64,000 nt of DNA from NCBI RefSeq assembly GCF_009914755.1, contig NC_060940.1; one strand, given 5' to 3'. Numbering within the stretch: the first letter of the stretch is position 1; every line of letters starts with the position of its first letter. This DNA is from the human T2T-CHM13v2.0 reference genome, Homo sapiens. Below the pieces are notes generated by a model. The model worked only from the letters and a program-made list of their open reading frames with translations. It ran no database searches and was not told the DNA's origin. Made by a program: the position numbers and the translations under genes. Positions 1 through 12,738 of the stretch are shown piece by piece.

Positions 1-617
1 CAAGTTGGGCCAAAAGCTCAAAGACCATATTCTTCTAATTCCATAAGGCCCTACATGCACAACAATAAGTTTGTTTAGTTTTGGTAAAGCACGATAGCCC
101 GCAGAAGAGTCAGCGATACATGTTCATGTTGCTCTAAGGAATCTCTTTTCAGAAATTTGCTTTTCATTTGTTCTGTCTACCCAAACCCAGGCCTTGCCCA
201 TATTTACACCTGGAAAACCCAATATTCTCTATATGCTTCCAAAGTGATATCTATTCCTAGGTCCAGATGCTTGGATTCCAGTTGGCTCTTTCTAGAAATA
301 GGGTGGAGTCAACACTGGCCGTGAAGGAATCTGGTCTCCCAGCAGGTCACTGTTTGGAAGAGCAAAAGCGGGAAGAGGTGAAACTCCAGGTGGTCATTAT
401 GAGCCTTTTTTTGGGAAAAGAGTAGTGGGTATCCCAGACTCATTTTCAGGGAACACAAAGACAATTCTCAAGGCTGAGTGTCATTGTTCCTGCTGGGCCA
501 TAGCATCAGCCTCATTTGCTCCTCTAGACCCAGAACCACCAGTGATAATTCTGGACCTCCTAAAGTTCTCTGAATGGTGCTATTGAAGGAAGCACCAGAC
601 ATCAGTGTTGCTTATTT

Positions 618-942
618 TTGTTGTTGTTGTTTGGGCTTTTTTGTTTTGTTTTGTTTTTGTTTTTTGAGACAGGGGCTTACTCTGTTGCCCAGGCTGGAGT
701 GCAGTGGTGTGATCACGGCTCACTTTCATCCTCCTGGGCTCAAGCGATCCTCCCTGCTCAGCCTCCTGAGTAGCTGGGATTACAGATGCATGCCACCATG
801 CTCAGCTAAGTTTTGTATTTTTTATAGAGATGGTGTCTCACTATGGTGCCCAGGCTGGTCTCAAACTCCTGGGCTCAAGGGAACTGCCCATCTTGGCCTC
901 CCAAAGTATTGAGATTACAGGTGTGAGCCATGGCACTTGACC
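618..942 (-). mobile_element. AluJ-type SINE
   Basis: Reverse Alu with J-type motifs (ctcctgggctcaagcgatcctcc) and a T/G-rich tail. Degenerate TSD cagtgttgcttattt (603-617) / cagtgtcgtttattt (943-957). Confidence 0.93.
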
Positions 943-973
943 CAGTGTCGTTTATTTAAAAACAAGTAAATAT

Positions 974-1279
<306 letters not shown>

Positions 1280-2554
1280 TCAAATCCTATTTCTTACCAC
1301 TTACCTAAAAATTATACTGATTCAAAACAAAAGTGGAACTTTGGTCATTGTTTCTGAGAGTGTGAATGTGAAACTGACTGATAATGTCACAGCTTCCCAT
1401 TGACATGGAGAGGGGAGGCGCCATGAATCCTGGCACTTAGGAGGAGGATTAGCACCTCTGGTCCAGGTCTTCATGGAAGGCCCTGCTCTGCCTCCCAGGG
1501 AACACTCTGGCTGGGTTGCTGCTTTAGCTAGCAACAGGGAGTTTTGGGCTCTGCGTTCCTTCCATGCTGACACCTGTCATTTTTGCCACCCAGAAGCTGG
1601 CAAGTTGAGTTGAGTCTCTTCGGCTTGTGTGTTGTGGGAGCCTCCAGAATCCCAGCACATCTTCCATGTTTCTTGACTTTCTTGTTAACACAGGTTTTGA
1701 AGGCCTTAAAAAAAAACTAAATATATTTCTTGTTCTCAACAAACAGCTTTTCAAATGACTATTATTTATTCATTAGTATTACATTCAGAGTGCCGCGCTT
1801 CATGTTACTTGGAGAAATAAATGAAAGAAAAGCAATATCTCTCTAAATCCCCAATTTACAGCTTTCGGGGAGCCTGGAACAGTTCTATCGTAAAGCTCTG
1901 TCCTGGCTGGCCCAGCATATCTCTCTCCACTGTTTATATGTCTCTTTATCACTCTATCTGCCCAAGATGGACCAACCTAGTCATTTTGTGGGCTCAACAA
2001 ATATCTTGATCCATTTTGTGAATGTTTTCAGCTTGGCTAAAACTTAAAACACATTTTCCCCAAGCACTTTTTCCTCTTAATTTTTAAACTCGTATATTTT
2101 AAGGAAAATTTAGCCCATGTGTTTCTCATTATTCCTGATTCATTTGCACTTAACTCATCAAAATGTTGCTCTGCAAAAGTTGTTTGCTTTCCAAGAAGAC
2201 TCCTGAAGCTCTTTTTTTTTACATTCAGCCTGCCCCCATCTTTTGTCTCTTCCTTCCTTTTTTTTTTCCCTTCAGAGGCACAGTTTTCTTAGAAACAGGA
2301 ATTTTTGCCCCCGGCAGCAGATCTATTGGCACATCATAGGAAAAGCTGACCCTGGTGTGGACTCAATCTTCTAGCTCAGTCGTGCCTGGCTATCCCTTCA
2401 TAGCATTTGTGTTCAGGAGAAGCGTGTGCTCATGCAGTGAGGAATGGTCATTTTCTGTTCTGTTGACCAGAAAATAAATGTTGAGCACTAGCAAAAACCA
2501 ACCATTTAGGATGTAAACTTTAGAGCTTTTTAGGTTTAACCAGATATTAAACTC

Positions 2555-2690
2555 ATTGAATTTTACTTTTCTCATCTGTAAAATAAGGGCAACAATAGTA
2601 CCTGTTGCATAGTGAGGATTAATTGATATACTGTACATAAGGCAGGGCAATACATGACAAGCACATTGTAAGTGCTCAATTATTACCTTT
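2555..2690 (+). mobile_element. MIR SINE fragment
   Basis: MIR core ctcatctgtaaaat...aatagtacct...gtgaggattaa...gtaagtgctcaat. Confidence 0.8.
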
Positions 2691-2756
2691 TTGATTTTAC
2701 ATGAATTTTCCCAGAATCACACACCTCTTCTCCATGAGATGCTCAGGATTCTTTAT

Positions 2757-3460
2757 TTAGGTTATCCCAGAAATAGACCCTGAGTCCAGGATTCAAGTGC
2801 GGGTAATTGGTTCACGTGATTTTAGAGACTTGGTGAGTACAAAACCTGATGAGACTCAGGAAAGAGTTGAAGTTTGAGTCCAGGGGCAGTTAAGAGCTAT
2901 TGTTATGGGTCAGGTCCAAAGTCAGTCTACTGGACAATTCCCTCTTGCTTGGGGGAGGTGACTCTTTTGTTCTATTCAGGCCTTCAGTGGATTGAATGAG
3001 GCCCATCCACATTCTGGAGAACAATCTGCTTTACTCAAGGTCCATGATTTACATGTAAATCTCATCCCTTACTCATCCCTCATAAAAAACATCCAGAATA
3101 ATGTTAGACCAAATATCTGAGTACCATAACCCAGCCAAGTTGACACATAAAATTTACCATCACGAGAAGTAAGACAGGGAGTGAAAAGAAGCCAAAAATC
3201 AGGCAATATTAAGCAGGCTGCCTCTCTGGGTAACTGGAGTTTCATCTCCCCGTGCACCCACATTCAGGCATTGGCTGAGAGCTGCTCCTGCATGGATTCC
3301 AAACTCTGCTCTTTTGTCCTGTTGCACACACAGGCAGAGTGGCTCTGCCACTCCCAAAGAAAGCCCTTAGATAAATGAAGACAGATGCTGATGGTTGAAA
3401 GTCACGCACATGTGCTAGGAAATGATATGGGGCCAGAAGACCAGGCAAGGCAGGTACAGT
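2757..3460 (-). mobile_element. LTR16-like ERVL LTR split by an MLT2 insertion (outer boundary approximate)
   Basis: cccagaaatagaccctgagtccaggattcaagtgc resembles the reverse LTR16 3' end. It resumes at about 3164 with gaagtaagacaggga...gggtaactggagtt. Confidence 0.55.
2830..3163 (-). mobile_element. MLT2-family ERVL LTR (partial)
   Basis: Ends ...ccaagttgacacataaaatttaccatcac, the reverse of the MLT2 5' end. Internal ttgttctattcaggccttc...gaggcccatccacatt. Confidence 0.85.
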
Positions 3461-4089
3461 ATTCACCACAAGGTCCCTTCATCTTTCAGTCTCTGATTGA
3501 TACAGTCAGGCCTCCCTCTCTTTCTCACACTTGAACTTCTCACAACTTACAAGTCAGATAGCAAATATGCTCAAGTTTATCAGCAACAAATCCAGAAGAG
3601 GTTCTTAGAGAGAGTCTCTGGGTCTCTGTGTACAGAGAGAGAGAAGCAGGTACAAGTCTTAGTTTAGGAAGTTGGTGTTGGCTAGAAGCATGCTTTACAT
3701 TCACATATGTATTGCGCATAAATAAACATTGCCATTATCCTAGTCTAAATTGGCATGAAGGGCCCATTCAAGAATAAATAATGGTTTTATTTGGCTTCAA
3801 AAAACAATAAAATACATTTTATTAGAAGTTCATTAACTCTGAAATAACTAAAAGCAAAAAAAAACACGTAAGAAATATAAAAGTTGTCCCATAAGAAAAG
3901 TATATTACTAATTTGTTTTTTTAAACACAAAGTTTAAAATATTATAACAAAAAATACTGTGTCTAGACTTTATTCTTAGCTTAGCTAACTCGCAGAATCC
4001 ATGCAGGGTCATTTTGTTAAAAACAGCTTTATTAACATTTAAATGATCATTGAAAATAATCAGTGGATACCTTTTCATAGCACTGAAAT

Positions 4090-4480
4090 ACCTTGGTTTA
4101 AATCCTAGCTCTACCCTCTCCTGGCTGTGTGACCTTGGAAAAACTAATTAACCTCTCTGAGCCTCCATTTCCTTCTATAAAATGAGGATAATATAAGAAG
4201 TTCCTACTTCATGTAGTTGCGAAAAAAAATTGTGAGTCAGAACATGAAAAGCATTTACAATAGAGCATGGAACATACTAAAAGCTCATGAAAGTCTAAGC
4301 TATTGTAATTAGAATAAAGATGCAAGAGTTTGAGTCCAGTGACCCCAGTTCAAAACCTGACTCTTCCATGTACTTGTGTGACCCTGGGGAAGTCACTTCA
4401 TTTCCTGGGGCTTTCATCATCTTGCCTATAAGATGGTCATTTTTGCCCACCTGCCTCTCTCATGGGGTCAAATAAGTTCC
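4090..4480 (+). mobile_element. Two adjacent MIR fragments
   Basis: ggctgtgtgaccttgg...aacctctctgagcctcc...aaaatgaggataat, and a second tgtgaccctggggaagtcactt core. Confidence 0.75.
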
Positions 4481-4734
4481 TGAATGAGCAAGCATGTGGT
4501 CTCTAGGGCTTCCTTTGCTCTTTGCACTACATTTTGACATTCTTTTGGAATATCTCTCACCCACTTGTCAATCTTAGAAGTTTCTACACATTGGTTGGTT
4601 TAGATGAACCAACATCTAAAGTGACAATCTAGCAAATGGGATGACATGGTATAGTCCTGAGAAAGAACCCCTATATAGCCAGAAATACCTAAATGTGCAT
4701 AGCAAGGATTTAAGCCCATAAGTTTTGCTGGTAA

Positions 4735-4890
4735 ACTTTAATTTTTTCTAATTTTCTTTCTGAAAATGTCCAAACATGTAGCAAAGTTGAAACTAATTGT
4801 AAAATAAACCATATACCTACCACCTAGACTCTAACATTAACATTTTTCCATACTTGCTTTATTGCATATCTACCCATCTATCTACCAATT
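4735..4890 (-). mobile_element. Old L1M 3'-end fragment
   Basis: caaacatgtagcaaagttgaa...catatacctaccacctagactctaacattaacatttt is typical of antisense L1MB/MC/ME 3' ends. Confidence 0.55.
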
Positions 4891-5107
4891 GAGGTTTTGC
4901 ATTTTGAATTCAGAGTTGGAAGCTGCCTGTCAGATATGGTGATTATCCATCTTCTGTTCTCTGAGCAATCCTAGTTCCAGTGTATACTATGGACTCTATA
5001 GACCATTTGAATGCATCGGGGATTCTCATAGGTTGCATTCAAAAGCATCTCATAGATTTCCTTTTAGATTCAGTCAGAAGAGACCTATAAGAATCTTATT
5101 TAGACCC

Positions 5108-5467
5108 TTATGTCGTTTGGCTCTATGTCCCCACTCAAATCTCACCTTGAATTGTAATAATTCCCGTGTGTTATGGGAGGTACCCAGTGGGAGGTAATTG
5201 AATCATGGGGATGGGTTTTTCCCATGCTGCTCTTGTGATTGTGAATAAGTCTCACAAGATCTGAAGGTTTTATAAAGAGGAATTCCCCTGCACATGCCCT
5301 CTTCTCTGCCACCATGCAATACATGACTTTGCTCCTCCTTTGCCTTCCACCATGATTGTGAATTCTCCCCAGCCCTGTGGCACTGTGGGTCAATTAAACC
5401 TCTTTCATTTGTAAATTACCCAGTCTTGGGTATGACTTTATTAGAAGCATGAGAATGGACAAATACA
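5108..5467 (+). mobile_element. THE1 (B/C/D) solo LTR, ERVL-MaLR
   Basis: About 360-bp match to THE1 (gtttggctctatgtccccactcaaatctcaccttgaattgt...attaaacctctt...aaataca). Perfect 5-bp TSD gaccc at 5103-5107 / 5468-5472. Confidence 0.93.
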
Positions 5468-5934
5468 GACCCCCATCACTTTATTTTTCTTTGAAAAATG
5501 TAGTTGGCATTGTTAAATTAGCTAGTGCAAATCATTTATTTTAGCTCAAGGACAGAGAGGCTTGGAAGTGATTGACCTTTGATCTCATAGTCCATGCTAA
5601 AATCATAACTGGAATTGAGGCATGCTGACCCCAAAGTGATTATGTGATAAAATTGTCTCCCTGTCGATTCTCTAATAGTCTTATTAAGGTTTTGCTGCAC
5701 TTGATTTGGCTTAAAAATTTTTGACCCAAGTAACTCCACATGAAAAATAATTGTTAAATACTGCTTTTACACACCACAGTTAAAATGTTTCTTAAATATC
5801 CTTAATTTTTCCTTTACAAAAGAAGGTCTTGGGAGAATGTGTTTTCAGTTTACATACTGAGAAACTGAGGCATTGGGGGATAAACAACCCTGTTGGAACT
5901 CTGGATCTGCATTTTCTCAAGTCCCATTATATGA

Positions 5935-6320
5935 GATTCATTCATTCATTTATTCATTATTTATCAAATATTAAGATTGCACCTACTATGTGTACTGTTC
6001 TTGGTACTGAATATAATGCTGAACAAAACAGACTAGGTTTCCTTCTTTTCTAATGATGCTTACTGTCTAGAAAAGAAAGTAACAATAATAAAAAAGTGAA
6101 TAATTCACTAATATTTTCTTAGAGACTATAAAAAATAAGAGAGATAATAAGTGAATGATTGGGAATAAGTGACTAGTTCAGATAGGGGTTAAAAGATTTC
6201 TTTTGAGCAAGTGAGATAATAAATTAATCATTTATAGAGTGGGCAGAGAGAACCACAATTGCAAAGGCCACAGACTGAGCCAGTATTGGAGGTGGAGCTG
6301 GTGAGAATGGTGAGAGTTTT
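5935..6320 (-). mobile_element. L2 LINE 3' fragment
   Basis: (ttca)n tail followed by gcacctactatgtg...tgaacaaaacagac. Confidence 0.7.
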
Positions 6321-6393
6321 CAGAGAAGACCCTTTCTTTTTTTTTGAGGGAGTGCATGGTCTTGGTGAGAGAAGGGAGCAAAAAACTGATAGG

Positions 6394-6678
6394 GGCTGGG
6401 CACAGTGGCTCACCCCTGTAATCTCAGTACTTCTAGAGGCCGAGGCGGGTGGATCATTTGAAGTCAGGAGTTCAAGACCAGCCTGCCAACATGGTGAAAC
6501 CCCATCTCTACAAAAAATACAAAAATTTGCTGGGCATGGTGGCATGCACCTGTAATCCCAGCTACTCAGGAGAATTGCTTGAACCTGAGACGTGGGGGTT
6601 GCAGTGAGCCGAGATCACACCATTGCACTCCAGCCTTGGTGACTGAGTGAGACTCCAACCCTCCCCCCACTGCAAAAA
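6394..6678 (+). mobile_element. AluS-type SINE with small right-arm deletion
   Basis: Dimer lacking about 13 nt (gctgaggcaggag) between caggag microhomologies near 6567. TSD of about aaaa(a/c)ctgatagg. Confidence 0.92.
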
Positions 6679-7215
6679 AAAACCTGATAGGAACAGGACT
6701 ATATGACCACAATATGGTAAAGAATCTGAATTACAATGTCCATCATTCATATTTTTTTAAGTAAAACATTCTTTTTAACATAATCTCATACCACCTTTAC
6801 TTTACCATCATCTATATAAGCAGTCCATTATGGCATGCATCCTTTGCCCATGCCAACTTGAAACTCCTTTTGGACATAGACTGTATGTATCTGAATTAAT
6901 ATTGTATTCCCACTTAGGAAGGTGCCTGGCACACCATAGGTGTTCAGTAAGATTCAACTGAATTCAAGTAGGCAGGTCAAACACTCATGGGGTCATTAAT
7001 TTGTCCAGATGGACATTCAATTCTGCAGAAGTGTCAGAGATACCCAAATTTTGCTTCCATAGTTTTATTAAATATAAACTAAATGTACAAGCAAGGAGGA
7101 AAGGTTAGTTTACAAATTTTGCTTCTGGAACTCAAGGACTCTGAAAAATAGTACTTAGTTAACTTTCAGTCCTCCAGAGAAGATTTTTTTTGGAAAATAA
7201 TGCCAAAGGGATCTT

Positions 7216-7747
7216 GTGGCACACAGCCTTCTAACATGACTCCCAGAAATCCGCATCTCCTGGTGTTCATGCCATTGTGTAATTCCCTTCCATTGAGTGG
7301 GGACTGGATTTAGTGACTTACTTCCGATAAGTAGAATACAGCAGATGTGATGTGATACTACTCCTGAGCTTTGGTTATAAAAGATTATCATTTCTATCTT
7401 TCTGGCATCCCCTCTCTGGCTCTTATGGTGTGCTTGCCCTAAAGGAGAGGGCCATTGGCAAGGAACTGAGGTGGCCTTCGATCAACAGCCCACAAGGAAT
7501 GGAATCCTGCCAATAACAATCAAGTAAGTGGGCTTGGAAGTAGATCTTGCCCCTGTCAAGCTTTCAGATGAGGCTGAAACCTCAGTCAGTACCTAGATTG
7601 CAAGCTTGTGAGAGACCTTGACACAAAGGACCCAGCTAAATTGTGCCCAGACTTCTAATTCATGAGCACTGTGAGACAATAAATGTTGTTGTTTTAAGTC
7701 ACTAAGTTTTGGGGTAATTTTCCAGGCAGTGATAGAAAATAAATTCA
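7216..7747 (+). mobile_element. MLT1 (F-like) solo LTR
   Basis: tgtgg...ctcctggtgttcatgccattgtgtaattccc...ggatttagtgactt; 3' aataaatgttgttgttttaagtcactaagttttggggt. Confidence 0.85.
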
Positions 7748-8818
7748 GCTCTAATAAAGCACTGATAAGATGCACATGAGATTTACTAACCTCTGAAATA
7801 GGGAAGACTCACCCATGTAAGCTGCAAGGGTTTAATCTCCTTTCATCCATTTATAATTCATGCTTGGAAGTGCCTGACATCTGGGGCACAGCACGTTTAC
7901 TTCCAAATAAGTAGAATCCTCATGTTGGTACTACCCTCAACATCTCTATGCACCTCTGTATTTTCTATAACTGGTCAGGGAGACCGATAAAATCCCTGCT
8001 GCTTGAAAAAGTAAGTCACAATAAAATACCATGTTGAATATACCCCTTCAAAGCACTAATGGACATCTTAAGAGGAAAAATCTTTGTGGGAATGGAGGCT
8101 CCTGCATGTGTATGCGTGTGTGTGTGCATGCACATGTCTGTGAGATGTATGTGTGAATCTCTGTGTGCCTGAGAAGTGAGAAGAAGAATGACTCTATCTG
8201 TGCACTTCTATGTTTTTCAAACACATTCAGTCTGCCTTCCAACTGCCCTTCCTGCCAGATGTTGACATGTAAATTTTGGCTTCAAAAATGAGAAGGCCAA
8301 GCTGATCCAAACAAATTTAGCTCAATGAGCCAGAGTCAAATTACCCAAAGGTTAGAAGTGACCCCTTATCCAGAGAGATCCAAGCACTGCACTACTATTT
8401 GCTACAGGGCTGCCCAGGGAGCTAGTCTAACATGCATTTCTGGCATTGGTATTGTTTCAATTACTAGACCATTCACATCTCAGCTGACACATGCAATGAA
8501 GCTTGCTCCTTGCCTGGTACATAATTTAAGGTAAAAAGAAAAGAGGGTGTGTTTCATCATGGTCTATCATATCTTTGTCTTTTGTTCTGGGAGGTATTTG
8601 CATACCTAAAGGGAAATGGCCTCTTTAATTTCTTTCCCTTCTCCTAATCAGCTGAGGCCTATTAAGAAGTGCTCTGTATCCTGTAATCAGACAATTTATA
8701 CAGCATGCACCCTTAGGCAACAGCTATTATAAACAAGCTGGAGAAATCCTTTACAATAAATGATTAGCATGGGAAGACACCATTCATAATTAATTTTTTT
8801 TTCTGTTTTTGTTGGCAG

Positions 8819-8929
8819 ATGGTCCGAGGCATCCAAGCATGGCCTATTGCCTGTGTCTTTATTCTGAACAGAACAGGGCAGCCTTGGGAAAACGCTGGCT
8901 GCTCAGCTAGCTCACTTAAAAAAAATCAC
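8819..8929 (+). other. Candidate spliced exon (111 nt) of an unidentified transcript
   Basis: Long polypyrimidine tract + ttggcAG acceptor at 8817-8818 and donor CAC|GTAAGC at 8929/8930, in unique sequence. Motif evidence only. Confidence 0.35.
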
Positions 8930-9064
8930 GTAAGCACTCCCTCTGCTCCTCTTATTGGTGTTCAAGGCTTGAAGAGAGCTTTAGGGAAGGGTGTCTAATG
9001 GATCACATGACTGTACCTACTGGTCCTTTTCCTGCCTTGTTAATTACAAGGTGTTATGATCTTC

Positions 9065-9530
9065 ACCACAGATTGATTACATAAAGGGGATCATTTCTTC
9101 ATCCCCACCATTTGCCATGTAACTTTGTCATGCCCTGTATCTCTGACTCTGGCCTCTGTCATTGACTTGCTGTGCCAATGTTAGCAAATGTGAAGCACAC
9201 ACAGGCTTGAATAGCACTGTGCAACGGGACTTGTTAACACTTACCTTCTACTGTTGCTACATGAACATGCCCAGGCTAGCCTGATGGATGATGAGAGACA
9301 TGTGGAATAGAGCAGAGTCACCACATTCATCTCAGCTGAGACCTTTCTAGATGGGTCAACAGCCCTCTACCCCCAGACGTGTGAGCCAGCCCAGCCAAGA
9401 TCAGCCAAGTCCAACCTGAATAATTGAACACTGAGGTCTTGTTGCAGAATAAAAGTGTATTATTGTAACCCACAGTGGCTTTATGATTTTTAATTATGCA
9501 GCAGTATTGTGGCAGCAGATAATTGATACA
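9065..9530 (+). mobile_element. MLT1 (G/H-like) solo LTR
   Basis: catgaacatgcccaggctagcctg...gagagacatgtgg...cccagccaagatcagc; 3' end gcagataattgataca. Confidence 0.75.
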
Positions 9531-10724
9531 GCCCTCAAATGGATAATCTCTTTGGGTATGGAGAAACAGGATTTGGAAACCCATAAGTGTAAGCCTTCAT
9601 ATATGGGTAGAACAGGTTTCTTGCTCACAAGAGACACCAACTTAAACTGAAAAGAAAGTGGTTTTGGACTAGTGCTAGGTACTGGTGCATAAACCCATGT
9701 ATATACGCACAGGCTCTTGAGGGGTCAGTGAAAGAAGCTGCTGAAATGTCACTCGTAGAATGGGCTTCAAACAGGAGTGGGATTTTCTCACCTTCATCTA
9801 ACTCCCTGCTGTTCTTTAATGCAACTCTCCTAAGCCCCCAGCATCCAGGTGTTCCTTTTGCCATTTATGATGCTGCTTCTCTCCTACTTTGGGATACCCT
9901 CCCTCTTTTCTGTTCATCATTATCCCCCTGATGCTAACCCATTGAATGGCTCTATTTTCCTCTTCTCTGCAGTACTTTTAGGTTTTCAGCATCTGTGTTA
10001 CATGCACTAGGCTTTGGTTTTATATGATTACACATCAGACTGCAACTATTCTACATCTAATCCCTTAATTAATCTATAAGCTCCTGAGAGGAAAGCTATG
10101 GTACTAAATGCTTTCACAGCGTAAGGCCAAAGTAAATGCTTTTGGCACTAAGTAAAGGTTTCACATATATTCATGCCTTGATTGAGGTGGAACAGGAGAC
10201 CTACTAGTGATATTTAATAGAATGCTACCAATTTCTTCTGTCTGACTGAAAGGCTCATAGATTCTAAGCCATTCCTTTCCAGAAACATCTTTAAGAACCA
10301 TGCTGCAATTGCTTGTTGATCAAGGCTTGTCTAACTATGGTCCTGCTTGAAGGCAGAGAAGCCATTTCTATTCATCCAACCAACCATTCAATAAATAGTT
10401 AATAGGTTCCTTCTATGTAGAGGAGATCTCTATTATGTAAGGATAAGTGATAGAAGAGAAAGACTTGAGTATAAATCCACTGAAAATCAAGGACCAAAAT
10501 TTTATAAGAGTGAATAAAGTAAAATGATCTCATTGGGTCTGCATATTGATTAAAATGAAACAAATAATTTATTTTACCTTATATTTAGCAAAATATAGAC
10601 TATAAACACAACAATTTGTTAACTCTGAGAATGAACAAAGAATGAATCAAAGGATGAGATTTTGGCATATTTTTTGACATCCCTTACCTAACCATTGATC
10701 TTTATTGAAATTTTAAAAAGTCAT

Positions 10725-10830
10725 GTTAATTACCCTGACTTGATTATTACACGTGGTATATATGTTTCAAATTATCCCATGATACCCTGTAAATGTGTAC
10801 AATTATGTATCAATTTAAAATAATAAAAGA
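10725..10830 (+). mobile_element. L1MA-type 3' terminal fragment
   Basis: taccctgacttgattattacac...accctgtaaatgtgtacaattatgtatcaatttaaaataataaaa. Confidence 0.7.
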
Positions 10831-11609
10831 CAAGTGATTTTTTGGAGTGAAAATATTTGAGAACTTCCTCAGTTTCCCCAAAGACTTCTATTAACCCTTT
10901 AATATTTAAATCACTAATGAAAACCCTTTTCCTGACATTTATTGTTGATTTTTTTCTTCTTTCATTGTTGTGTTCAATGAAACACATTTATTTGTTGTAT
11001 TTGTTGGTAGTTTTGTGTGTGTTCCCTCCCAGTGGCCTCTACTATCCTTTTCATCAACTTTGTGGAATCTGTGAATTAACTTTGCCTGGGGCTTACTTTG
11101 TATTTTGCATTTTAGCTGAAGACTTCCTCCAAATGGTTCGTAACTGATAGGAGGGGATGGTTGCTAGTGTTAAGCAAGACGGGACAAAGGAGTGGAGACT
11201 GAACTTGTAAGTTGCTAGAATATTACTTTGGAATATTTTGAGATTTTGATGTTTATGAGGTTCCCTATGAAACTTTGTAACTGCATGCACTTAGACAATA
11301 AAAACCTGAATGACAAGATCCCAATATAAGGCTAATTGATTAGGAACTATGAGGGAGGTAAATACTAAATCTGAAGTCAGGACATCTGGGTTGTAGCCTC
11401 CATCAAGTCAAGAGTCTTGTGTTCAAGCCAGTTCCCTCACTTTTCTTTTCTATCATGAAAAGCCTCTAGCTCCCCTGACTACTTTTTATGTTCTTTCAGC
11501 AATCAGATAAACCCAATATTTAAACTGTAAGGTCCTTGGCTATGGAAGGTGACTGGAGAACCATTGATCCCTGCATTTTATAGGAAAAGCAAGGGCCCAT
11601 TGGAACCTG

Positions 11610-11665
11610 TTGCTGTTGGTAAGAGTCTTGCTATTGGTAAGAGACTTGCTATTGGTAAGAGACTT
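11610..11665. repeat. 18-bp tandem repeat x3 (ttgctattggtaagagac)
   Basis: Copies start at 11610, 11628 and 11646; copies 2 and 3 are identical. Confidence 0.95.
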
Positions 11666-12550
11666 TCTCTTGTGTCTGGCTGTGGAACTCCTCTAATAGA
11701 GTGTTTGAGATTCCAGATTTGGCTTCTTGGCACCCTTTTGTGTGACCAGGAAGGAATGCCTCCTTCATACCCTGTCTTTTGTCGCCTCTTCTGAGAGGCA
11801 CAGACTCTTGGCTATAACTTAACCTTCTCTTTCTTGGCAAGTGATTGTCCTGCTGTCACTTGGGCTTCTATAGCCAGCAGTATTATAGAAAGGTTCAGTT
11901 TTAGCTGCTTCTGGCATTTCTAAGTGGTAATAAAATAGGCCCTCTAAGACCCCAGGCAAACGTCTAAAGTGCGGCATCCAAAATAAAAAATAAAAACCCT
12001 TTTCTTTGACAGATTCAACTCTTGTTTTAAAGCCCCTAGACTGTTATATTCCTAAGAGAAGTTCCTCTCTCTTATCATCTCTGCCAATATAATAGCAGGA
12101 AAGAAAATCTGTGCTCTCTTCACTCCAGGACAGTTACGACCTATTGGAGAACTTTGTCTTAGGGGTTCCTTGGGGAGAACAGTATGATCCTTTGCAAACA
12201 CCAATCAGAAGAGGAAGACCTTACATTTTAAAAGCTTTGTATAGCTTATCTCATTTTATTCTTATAATGATTTTATGATATATGTAGTGTATGATTGGTT
12301 TATATTTGGTTGGAAGTGACATAAAACCTGATTCAAAATAGATCAGGCAAACGTGAATTTGTATGTAGAAATGGCTTCAGTCTGAAATGATCCAATCTCA
12401 GGTTCAGATTCATCGTATTTTTGGGTGGCTCTGTTCTACAAGTTCCTCTCTTTGTAGCAAATAGCTATACTAGTTCAAAGCATCACATCTTCATAGAACC
12501 AAGCCAAGCCCTCTTTTATCCAGCCTGGAGTTTACTTCTACTGGATTGCG

Positions 12551-12738
12551 CCAGTGGTGTGCTTGTCCCTTAAGCTGATTGTGTAGATTTCTTCCTGGCT
12601 TCAAGTTCAAGGATGTCATGTTGGTAGCTCAACATCAGCCATAGTGGGAATATTTAGGCCATAGAAATTGGCAATTGCTGAAAATAAGGCTTTTATTATT
12701 TACAGAGCCAGTTGTCAAACATTTGTCAGCACACCTGT
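12551..12738. mobile_element. MER63-like hAT MITE
   Basis: Termini ccagtggtgtgct... and ...agagccagttgtcaaacatttgtcagcacacc; internal gttggtagctcaacatcagccatagtgggaatattt. Appears nested in an old MaLR/ERVL LTR relic (about 12290-12900). Confidence 0.7.

Noticed and set aside
5006-5043. 10-bp inverted repeat tttgaatgca / tgcattcaaa
   Set aside because: Short with an 18-nt loop; compatible with chance or a decayed MITE.
7979-8010. 32-nt mini-exon (cag|...AAA|gtaagt)
   Set aside because: Weak acceptor tract; such motif pairs are common by chance.
11610-11665. Short repeat arrays (also 53849-53924) as CRISPR-like
   Set aside because: Head-to-tail units with no unique spacers, no cas genes, and a primate genome context.
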